A stretch of DNA of 32,000 nucleotides from Trichlorobacter lovleyi SZ. Lineage in GTDB: Bacteria; Desulfobacterota; Desulfuromonadia; Geobacterales; Pseudopelobacteraceae. The stretch covers positions 2,520,001 through 2,552,000 of the forward strand of contig NC_010814.1 in assembly GCF_000020385.1 (NCBI RefSeq). The letters are read 5' to 3'. A model generated the notes under the pieces. That model searched no databases. It saw nothing but the letters and a program-made list of their open reading frames with translations, and was not told the DNA's origin. Position 1 is the stretch's first letter, and every line of letters begins with the position of its first letter. Positions 1 to 7,383 of this stretch are shown here, in pieces. The position numbers were made by a program, and so were the translations under genes.

Positions 1-172
1 TAAAGTCTTTACGATCACAACCAAAGACATAGGTTGCAACCGGAGTTGCGTCAGTTGCGTTCCGATAATGTTGCATCACTTCACGATCATCAACCTTAAC
101 ATTGTAGAGAATACCGCATCCTGAACAGACAAGCAGCGACAACAATAAAAACGGCCACATCACATGTTTCAT
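1..172 (-). CDS. Partial CDS (N-terminus only): putative lipoprotein; the rest lies left of the window
   Basis: ATG at 172..170 is preceded by GGAGAGG about 8 nt upstream. My translation is MKHVMWPFLLLSLLLVCSGCGILYNV..., a hydrophobic signal peptide followed by a lipobox-like SGC. It is too short for the ORF track because it runs off the window edge. Confidence 0.45.
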   Translation of the reverse strand, partial: MKHVMWPFLLLSLLVCSGCGILYNVKVDDREVMQHYRNATDATPVATYVFGCDRKDF

Positions 173-418
173 ACACAAATTCCTCTCCGTGAAAACATTT
201 TACTAACTCAGGGACGCAACTCACACCTCAAGAAAAGATCGCTCCACTTCGGTACAGTTACGGCAACGCACTGGCTGTAGGCACTATCAGCCTAACCTGC
301 AGCTTTTACAAAGACCGTGGTGATATAGTCCAACTGCTCGGTCAATAGCCGTTTGCAGGTAGCGCTATCATAGCCTCCGGTGGGTGGCATTGCTGAAATT
401 TCTTGTCGTTTAAATGGC

Positions 419-1204
419 TTACTCGTTTCCATCTTCAGCAACAAAATGAACCAGGCGGAGGCTGCCCTTGATCCCGTTCAGGCTGATTTCCTGATCAGTG
501 AGCACTCCCTGTGACCTGCGGCCCGGACGTTTCTTGAAGTACTCAACCAAGGCATTGTCCTTGAGCCGGGCTACAAAGAAGATGCCGCTGTCCATCAGGG
601 TCTGATACCAGTCGTAGTCGGTATAACCACGGTCAAAGACCACAAAAGAGCCGGTGGGCAGTTTGAGCAGTCTGGCCCAGTTGATCTCATGCTCTTTGCC
701 GGTGGTGACATCGAAGAACTCTGGCAGATAGCCGTCAGCAGAAAGACCGACATGCAGCTTTATGGCCCCTTTTGCCTTTTGGTAGCTGGCCCAGGGAAAC
801 ACCTTCAGGCAGAGGTTGATGACCGTGGCATCAAGCAGGTACAGCTTGGCGTCCAGCTTGAACCGGTTCTTCGGCGCAATGGCCTGGCAACGACCCAGCA
901 GTTTGTGAAAGATCTCTTTGTACAACTGATGTGGCTGTTCTTCATTCACCCGTGCCAATGTTGAACGGGGTACATCCCTGGTTCCCAGATGATAGAGCTT
1001 ATGTCCTTGAACCTTGAGATTATCAACCAGATCTCGCAGGCTTTTACGGCCCGTTAGCTGGCCAACCAGCATGGCGGTGAACTGGCTCCAACGTGAAAAA
1101 GAACGAAACTGCTGCCCGACATGATGCTTACGGGCGAGGGTCTCAAATTCATGTCTCTTGAAAAAACGAACAACTTGATTAAGGACTGTGTTACTATGTG
1201 GCAC
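419..1204 (-). pseudogene. IS4-family DDE transposase, C-terminally truncated (261 aa versus roughly 370-390 aa expected)
   Basis: GTG start with GAGGAG RBS. The N-terminal region (VVRFFKRHEFETLARKHH..., DUF4372-like) and two Asp motifs (LYLLDATVINL, VVFDRGYTDYDWY) are present. The distal catalytic Glu region (typical RWQIE-LFFK block) is absent in all three minus-strand frames downstream of 419. Confidence 0.75.
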
Positions 1205-1299
1205 GGCTCTGATCTCCTCGTGTTTATTGGTGTTTTGGCGAACTCAATATATCACAAGTAGCTCTCAGAGCCTCCTCTTATTCAATCAATTTATGGGAC
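419..1299 (-). mobile_element. IS4-family insertion sequence remnant; one terminus retained near 1299, distal part deleted
   Basis: It contains the truncated transposase ORF 419..1204. On the minus strand the outer end reads CTGTCCCATAAATTG..., a Tn5/IS4-like CTGTC start. This abuts the point (about 1296-1304) where the zeta-like ATPase reading frame resumes. No second terminus or transposase C-terminus is seen in 173-418. Confidence 0.6.
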
Positions 1300-1303
1300 A
1301 GCA

Positions 1304-1600
1304 GTGACCTTTCACCTGTTCTATCTCTGGCTCCCCTCCCCTGAGTTTGCCATTGCCCGTGTTGCCGAACGAGTCCAGATGGGCGGCCACAATGTACCGT
1401 CAGAAACTATCCGGCGCAGATACCATGCCGGATTAAAGAACTTCTTTGCCATGTATCAGCAGCTTGCAGACACCTGGCGCATCTATGACAACTCTGCACC
1501 TGGCTCCCCTCGCTTGCTATCAACCGGAGAACGTACTATAATTACAACTGTTGTTGATGCTCCGCTCTGGGATTCATTGAAAGGGACATATCATGGCTGA
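1304..1600 (+). pseudogene. C-terminal fragment of a zeta-toxin-like P-loop ATPase/kinase (COG4185-type), 5' half removed by the IS
   Basis: The fragment FHLFYLWLPSPEFAIARVAERVQMGGHNVPSETIRRRYHAGLKNFF...WRIYDNS matches the conserved C-terminal half of this family. The Walker A N-terminal half is missing. The frame opens right at the IS end, with an upstream in-frame TAG at 1259-1261. Confidence 0.7.
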
Positions 1601-1772
1601 GGCTGTAAAGAAGGATATCAGCAAAATTCTTGCTGAGGGTACCGAGATTGATGAGGCTGTCAAGCAGGCGGTACAGAAGGCAGTACTGCAGCACAAGTTA
1701 GCTGGCAATCCGATTGTGGGGATGAAGGATGGCAAGATGGTCTGGCTGAAACCGGAAGAGATTCAGGCTTAA
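1593..1772 (+). CDS. Small hypothetical protein (59 aa), overlaps the stop of the ATPase fragment
   Basis: ATG at 1593 overlaps the end of the upstream ORF (stop TGA at 1598-1600), giving an 8-nt overlap. My translation is MAEAVKKDISKILAEGTEIDEAVKQAVQKAVLQHKLAGNPIVGMKDGKMVWLKPEEIQA. I do not recognise a family, and a partner role to the ATPase is only a guess. Confidence 0.35.
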   Translation: MAEAVKKDISKILAEGTEIDEAVKQAVQKAVLQHKLAGNPIVGMKDGKMVWLKPEEIQA

Positions 1773-1913
1773 TCTTTCGCAGGTTGGGCTAATTTTAGTT
1801 GTTTTCAGATGCTACTAAATGGACAAACTCCACAGGGGAGTTAAGGCAAAATATATTGATTTTGTTAAGATAAATTTTACATCAACAGATTACATCCTTT
1901 TCATTAGACGTCA

Positions 1914-1936
1914 TTCGAATCCCGTTTCCCGCTCCA
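1914..1936 (+). other. tRNA-Gly 3'-end remnant (T-loop, T-stem 3' strand, acceptor 3' strand, CCA); candidate attR-type direct repeat
   Basis: TTCGAATCCCGTTTCCCGCTCCA parses as T-loop TTCGAAT, CCCGT, acceptor strand TTCCCGC, discriminator T and CCA. CGTTTCCCGCTCCA is identical to the 3' end of E. coli tRNA-Gly(GCC) as I recall it. The 50 nt upstream are AT-rich and contain no D-arm or anticodon arm, so this is a fragment and not a gene. Confidence 0.6.
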
Positions 1937-1944
1937 AACAAATC

Positions 1945-1975
1945 AAAGGGTCAGGCGTTTCGCCTGACCCTTTTT
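1945..1975. terminator. Bidirectional intrinsic terminator
   Basis: AAA-GGGTCAGGCG-TTT-CGCCTGACCC-TTTTT forms a perfect 10-bp GC-rich stem with a 3-nt loop. It has a T-run on the plus strand and TTTGATTTGTTT on the minus strand. It sits 9 nt after the tRNA remnant and 54 nt after the stop of the 1562-aa gene. Confidence 0.85.
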
Positions 1976-2028
1976 GCTTATCCATGTGGCCAGCCAAGGG
2001 AACAAAATCATGTACTGCTATTTTCGGA

Positions 2029-5000
2029 CTATGGTGTAATCGCCGGCTGACACCAGATGTTTCGGCTTTGCAGTTCCAAAAGCATTTCTGCTGCGCCACT
2101 ATCAAGCGGATTTAGCCCCAGCAATGCTCGCAGAGCGGTTTCACACGCATAGTGATCTGATGCACTCCGGCACAGGAGTTGTGCCCGTTCCAGCGCAGCA
2201 GCAGCATTTTCTTCATCCGCCTCCATGGCCTTTTCAAGGCAGTCAAGACGCTCTGTCCGGTCTGCACACCTATGTGCTTTGTACCACCACCAGGCAGAGA
2301 GGAGCTGCTGGCGAGAGGCGGTGGTTTCTTCGGAGAGCTTCCCCCAGAAAGAATCTGCCGGTATTTTTCCCACCGGGCAATCTGATGACGCCAGCTGTTG
2401 TTCAAGGGTCTGATACATACCGACCAGTTGATTGAACAGGCACCCTCGCTGTCTTAACAAGCTTTCGGAAGGATTCCGCAGGTCAGTACGGTAACGCCGA
2501 TACATCTCTTTCTGGGTTGCCACCATATCCGCTTTATAGCGGGTCGAGGTATTGGTAAGATCGTCCCGGACGCGGTATTCACAGGTGATATGAGGGGCTC
2601 GCCTGACCGGATAGTGGCGTGCGATCCTGATCCACAAATCCCAATCTTCATGTGTTCGTAGCGATTCATCAAACAGACCGACCGTTTCCAGACAACTCCT
2701 CGTATGCACCATGCAGAGAATCGGAATGTAATTTTCGCAGAGCAATTTTTCCCGATCAAACTCGTCCGCATAGATCACCTTACGCTCGGTCGTCACATAG
2801 CTGCCGTCAAGCAGCTGCTGGCATGCGCAGTAGGCATCGCTGTAGGCTGCCTGTACCCCCTGCGCCTGCATAAAATCAATGACGATGGCCAGGTGATCCT
2901 GATAGTACAGGTCATCGTCGTCCAGATAAGCGATGAACTGCCCGCGTGCGGCCCGAATACCGGCGTTCCGTGCTGCAGAGCGTTCCCGCCGTTCAGGCAG
3001 CCGGAGATGCACGATACGGTCGTCACGCATCGAGTCCAAAAGCTCTGTAAGATCGTCTCCGCCGTCGTTTACCACAACGACTTCCAGACTGGAAAGACTT
3101 TGATGCAGGATACTGCTGACAGCTTCCCGCAACATCTCCGGACGGTTATGGGTGGGAACGATAACCGATACGAGAGGCGGGAGAACGTTGCCGGCAACAC
3201 CGGCCCAAAAGCGGGCACCAGTATGGTCGCCGTGCCGTATTGACTTGATAATTCCAAGGTTCTGATGCGCCACTGTATTGGCGGAATCGTAGGCCAGTGC
3301 CTGCACAAACATCGCTTCAGCAAAGTCCAGATCGCTTACCCAGTGCCCGCCCCGGCGATAAAACTGAAACCCCAATGCGCCTGTTTCCACGTAGAGCCGA
3401 GCCAGTTCCTCCCGTTGAGCAGGTAGCGGGCGACCGTAAAGCCGCGCCAGACTTTCCGGCGAGGTATATTGTTTGCGGAGCATGTTCAACTCGTCTCTTC
3501 CTGATTTTTCAGTATGCTCAACGCTTGCAGCATGTTCAAGGTAGAGGCCGAGCGTCGCGGTAATTCGTCTTGCTTTCAGACCGGCACTGGCAAACCGCAG
3601 CATAAACTCACGATCTCCTGCCACCTTCAGATCAGCCCGGTACATCCCGATTTTTTCAAATACAGAACGGCGCAGCATCACTGCATGGGAACTGATCTGA
3701 TAGTACAGCAGCAAGGGAGGATAAAACGGCGGATACCTGAAGTGAAACTGATGCGTATCGTAGTTTAACCGGTCGTTTTCGAGCTTTGTCACCAACCAGT
3801 CACCGTAGGCGGCATCAAGCGCGGGATCAGCATTGAGAGCGTTGGCGAGCAGTTCAAGGGCATTGTTGCAGAAACGGTCATCCGTGTTTGCGTTGATAAG
3901 GTATCGCCCCCGAGCCATACTGACACCACGATTCCAGGCGGCGTAGACCGTTTCCCGCCGATCTGTACGCAGGTAACGGATACGGTCGGGATAGGTCTCC
4001 AAAAACGGCTGGATAGCGGCTAGCTCCTTCTGTGGAGAATCGGAATCAATGATGATCAACTCAAGGCGCCCTTGGGCGAATAATGTCTGTCCGACAAGGT
4101 CTTCAAGCCTGCCGTGTATGAACCGTTCGGCACTGTAGACTGAAATGATTGCCGTTACCGCAGGTAATTTGGAGTCATTGTCAGGGTGTACCACCTTCGG
4201 CGCCTCGTGCGGCGCCAGACCAAGGGCTAAACGACGTACCTCCGGACTATCCGGATTAATCGTCAAGAATTCGCGGCAAAATGCCGCTGCCACCGCATCC
4301 AGCCCCAACCGGCACAGGACCGCAATCATCTCTTCCGCCAGACCGGCATTATACGGCTGATACTCCAGAGCAAAACGGAACTCGTTAAAGGCACGCACGT
4401 ATTCGCCCCGGCACAGGTTGAGACGCCCGAGGTCACGATGGAGACGCGCAGAACAAGGATCGATGGCCGCAGCCCGACTGAGCCGCTGTTCCGCCCCTCT
4501 GCACTCTCCCTGCCCCAGGATATCCTCCCCCTCCTGCAAAAAACGCTGACACTGGTCACGCAGAACTGACAACTTATTCAGCTGCAGCAGCTCCGCAACA
4601 ACGTGCCGCTTTTCGATCAACGTAAGCAGACCGACTTCCCGCTGAAAAAAGTCCACCCGTTCAAGAGGCTGACCATTATGGAGTCTGGCTACTGCCACTC
4701 GAATATCGTCCAGGTAATGTCTCCACGCCGGGCGGGAATCTAAAGACAGAGCAGGGGCAAAACCGGGTTGAGCTATCAGTGCGGCAACCTGTTCACTATC
4801 TATTTTAAACGGTTCCGGCATGGCAGGTAAGGCATCAAGAACCCCGGCAAACCGTGCCCGCTCTGCCGTCAGAATGGTTTTTGCCTCATGATAATACTGC
4901 TCACGGTGCAAATAGCTCTTTTGCGTTCCGTAAACGCGCCGGAATCCGGCCAACAGGGTGTCAACCTGATGAAGCACGGTCACCCTGAAAAAGCGCACCC

Positions 5001-6717
5001 AAAGTTCCAGATCACCTGCCAGCTCAAAGCTGTTTGAAAGTGTGCCGCCTGCAGTCTCCCACAACGAGCGTCTCCAGAAGGTTCCTTCCTGTTGTATGAA
5101 AGGTTTATCAAAGATGCCGTTCAGATATTTACGGCGGCTCAGCACTTCCAAATTTTCTTGAAGATAATAAAGCCTGCCGGCACGGTCCCATTCATTTTGT
5201 CTGCCTGTGATCCACTCGGCTTCCGGGTGGGTCATGAAAACGGAGACCGCCTTGGCAAAGGCCAAGGGGTGAAACTTGTCGTCTGAATTCAACCAGGTCA
5301 TCAGTTCACCACGGGTATGCCGGAACCCTTCGTTGATGGCCTGATACTGTCCGCCATCCGGCCTGCTCTGCCAGTAGCTCAGATGTCTTTCATATTTTCT
5401 GATGATGTCGACAGATCCATCGGTGCTGCCGCCATCCATGATAACGTATTCCAGGTTCGGATAGCCCTGCCCCAGGACTGAATCAATACATTCTTCCAGA
5501 TAGTCAGCCTGGTTGTAGGAGGGAGTCACCAGTGCAAGTGTGGGCAGTGGCGACTTGCAACATATTTGTAAGCTTGCCTTTTCCGGACACTCACGCTGCT
5601 CAGGCAGGGGCGGCTGCAACGATGCGGCATCGGCAGAGCTGTCCCATGTCTGGCTGGAGCAGAACAGGTACCAGCCGTTGCCGAGGTCAACGCAGGGATA
5701 AGGAGCCCCCCCTCCCTGTTGCAGTGTTCCGGCAACCGCGGTGTGGGCAACAAAGCTGTGCTGTTCCTTCAAGTGTTCGGCATCCTGTGCCAGCCCATGC
5801 AGAAAGCCCGGGATGATACGACGCAGCTTTATCAGTTGTTGTTCAAGACAGTTAAGATAGGGAGCAACACAGCTGGTAACGACTTGCACAGGCAGCGGGT
5901 AGTGCAAATCCCGTGCAGGCATGACAACATCAGGTGTCAGGAAGGTAAACGCGTGAAAATGGTAAAAGATGACCGGATTGCCATCCACCAGGGGGCGCCC
6001 TGATGCATCGCATGAGAAGCGATAATTACCGTGATTCCAAGGGGCCACCCCGCCGCCGACATGATCCAGCACCCGCACCCCGGTGAAACGGGCGGGCCAG
6101 TCTTCAAGGTAAAGCTGATCCCCGAATTTACCGTCCTCAACCCGCTGGTAGCACCATTCAAGACAACGATCCCGCCACCAGCTGAGTGCCTCAAGACCAT
6201 CGGCATTGTTTCTGAAACAGAGCAGCCCGACGTTATAGGTGCCGTACCTTGCCAGAAAAGCCAACTGAGGCGAAAAACGATGTTCGTGAATCAGAATCGA
6301 GCTGTCACCAAGTGCTGCATAGATCGGAGCGGTTGATGAAAAGAAGTACAGATCGGCATCCAGGTAGGTGATCACATCGATCAAGGGAAAACGCTTCAGA
6401 AGGCAGGCTATAACGGAAGGTGTCAGGGTCCAGTAGTATTCAACCTGGCTCCGGTTTTGCTTTGCCGATGCCAGACCGCTGTCGCCGGCCTCAATATCAG
6501 CCAGCGGCACCGTAACCACCTGTTTGATCGCCAAACGATTCAGCAGCTCCTGTGTCAGCTCGTCAAGGCAGACCACGTACAGCCTGAACGGATCCGGCTC
6601 ATGAGCGTGCAGGGAACTGATCAGGGCCAGCCCCTTCAGCAGGTAGTTCTTATCAAAATAGGTGCAATAATACCGCATCGGGGGCACTGATATCCCTATA
6701 CCTCCGGTAACATTCAT
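2029..6717 (-). CDS. Giant multidomain glycosyltransferase (1562 aa): GT-A/GT8-like module, GT2 module 1, TPR block, GT2 module 2, GT2 module 3, C-terminal TPR-like helical region
   Basis: - Single uninterrupted ORF.
- Residues about 14-300: YFDKNYLLKGLALISSL...ITYLDADLYFF, a DxD GT-A fold.
- From residue 394 (nt 5538 down): LALVTPSYNQADYLEECIDSVLGQ...IMDGGSTDGS...NSDD.
- TPR at about residues 735-810 (nt 4515-4288).
- From residue 853 (nt 4161): VTAIISVYSAERF...IIIDSDSP...NTDD.
- From residue 1183 (nt 3171): VSVIVPTHNRPEML...VVVNDGGDD...YLDDDD.
- The start could instead be the Met at 6678. Confidence 0.8.
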   Translation of the reverse strand: MNVTGGIGISVPPMRYYCTYFDKNYLLKGLALISSLHAHEPDPFRLYVVCLDELTQELLNRLAIKQVVTVPLADIEAGDSGLASAKQNRSQVEYYWTLTPSVIACLLKRFPLIDVITYLDADLYFFSSTAPIYAALGDSSILIHEHRFSPQLAFLARYGTYNVGLLCFRNNADGLEALSWWRDRCLEWCYQRVEDGKFGDQLYLEDWPARFTGVRVLDHVGGGVAPWNHGNYRFSCDASGRPLVDGNPVIFYHFHAFTFLTPDVVMPARDLHYPLPVQVVTSCVAPYLNCLEQQLIKLRRIIPGFLHGLAQDAEHLKEQHSFVAHTAVAGTLQQGGGAPYPCVDLGNGWYLFCSSQTWDSSADAASLQPPLPEQRECPEKASLQICCKSPLPTLALVTPSYNQADYLEECIDSVLGQGYPNLEYVIMDGGSTDGSVDIIRKYERHLSYWQSRPDGGQYQAINEGFRHTRGELMTWLNSDDKFHPLAFAKAVSVFMTHPEAEWITGRQNEWDRAGRLYYLQENLEVLSRRKYLNGIFDKPFIQQEGTFWRRSLWETAGGTLSNSFELAGDLELWVRFFRVTVLHQVDTLLAGFRRVYGTQKSYLHREQYYHEAKTILTAERARFAGVLDALPAMPEPFKIDSEQVAALIAQPGFAPALSLDSRPAWRHYLDDIRVAVARLHNGQPLERVDFFQREVGLLTLIEKRHVVAELLQLNKLSVLRDQCQRFLQEGEDILGQGECRGAEQRLSRAAAIDPCSARLHRDLGRLNLCRGEYVRAFNEFRFALEYQPYNAGLAEEMIAVLCRLGLDAVAAAFCREFLTINPDSPEVRRLALGLAPHEAPKVVHPDNDSKLPAVTAIISVYSAERFIHGRLEDLVGQTLFAQGRLELIIIDSDSPQKELAAIQPFLETYPDRIRYLRTDRRETVYAAWNRGVSMARGRYLINANTDDRFCNNALELLANALNADPALDAAYGDWLVTKLENDRLNYDTHQFHFRYPPFYPPLLLYYQISSHAVMLRRSVFEKIGMYRADLKVAGDREFMLRFASAGLKARRITATLGLYLEHAASVEHTEKSGRDELNMLRKQYTSPESLARLYGRPLPAQREELARLYVETGALGFQFYRRGGHWVSDLDFAEAMFVQALAYDSANTVAHQNLGIIKSIRHGDHTGARFWAGVAGNVLPPLVSVIVPTHNRPEMLREAVSSILHQSLSSLEVVVVNDGGDDLTELLDSMRDDRIVHLRLPERRERSAARNAGIRAARGQFIAYLDDDDLYYQDHLAIVIDFMQAQGVQAAYSDAYCACQQLLDGSYVTTERKVIYADEFDREKLLCENYIPILCMVHTRSCLETVGLFDESLRTHEDWDLWIRIARHYPVRRAPHITCEYRVRDDLTNTSTRYKADMVATQKEMYRRYRTDLRNPSESLLRQRGCLFNQLVGMYQTLEQQLASSDCPVGKIPADSFWGKLSEETTASRQQLLSAWWWYKAHRCADRTERLDCLEKAMEADEENAAAALERAQLLCRSASDHYACETALRALLGLNPLDSGAAEMLLELQSRNIWCQPAITP

Positions 6718-6720
6718 TGC

Positions 6721-7383
6721 CTATCCGCGCCCAAGCAGCCGGTTGGCTGCTGCGTTGTTCGAAAAGCGCTGAGGCAGGGCGTATGCCTTTTGAGGCATTG
6801 CCACAAAATCACCTTTGGTCAAGGTTACGTAAACCGATCGTATCTCATGGGCTTCATTGGTTCCCGGATAGATAATTCCCAGACTGGCAGGCACATAGAG
6901 GCGCCAATCACACTCAAGAACCTTAAAACCGGCGCAGTTGCTCAAATAACGTAAACAGTCCGGGGTATACCGCCAAAAATCACCGGGTGACGGATGGTAG
7001 GGATAGGCAAAAACGGTTTCAATAATCAGCAAACTGTTATCTTTCATTATTTTAAACAGTGCGTCGAAAACCTTGAAAGGATTTTTGACATGCTCGATAA
7101 CATTCAGACAGACAGCGGTACTCACTCTGTTTTCAAAGATATAGGGCAAATATTCTATTGCAGGGTCACCCTTCTCCGGATTCAAAATTATATAGTCAGG
7201 ATCAATATGATCAAACGGACGCTGCGCCAATGATATCGAGCTGGCCTCCTGATCACCGCTAGCAATAGTCAGATCATAGTCGGCAATATACGGCTGTTCC
7301 ATCCCGCCTATGTCGACAAGCGTTCCGCGCAGGCCATAGCGTGCTATTTGCTCTGTTACCAGCTTGATATCATCCCAGAACAT
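6721..7383 (-). CDS. Class I SAM-dependent methyltransferase (about 220 aa)
   Basis: It has a TLVDIGG glycine-rich motif and a downstream CLNVIEHVKNPFKVFDALFKIMKDNSLLIIE block typical of Methyltransf_11/23-type enzymes. I prefer the ATG at 7383 because it overlaps the upstream stop as TAATG and has a GGAGAG RBS. The longest ORF would start at 7404. Confidence 0.6.
   Translation of the reverse strand: MFWDDIKLVTEQIARYGLRGTLVDIGGMEQPYIADYDLTIASGDQEASSISLAQRPFDHIDPDYIILNPEKGDPAIEYLPYIFENRVSTAVCLNVIEHVKNPFKVFDALFKIMKDNSLLIIETVFAYPYHPSPGDFWRYTPDCLRYLSNCAGFKVLECDWRLYVPASLGIIYPGTNEAHEIRSVYVTLTKGDFVAMPQKAYALPQRFSNNAAANRLLGRG

Noticed and set aside
1819-2115. A 98-aa plus-strand ORF spans the AT-rich region.
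   Set aside because: It runs through the tRNA remnant and the terminator hairpin and into the antisense 3' end of the GT gene. It has low-complexity composition and no RBS.
2112-6700. Many 60-180-aa ORFs lie antisense to, or out of frame with, the 1562-aa gene. The same pattern occurs inside other large genes.
   Set aside because: These are typical shadow ORFs of GC-rich coding DNA. They lack RBS context and recognisable motifs, and they are fully contained in strongly supported genes.
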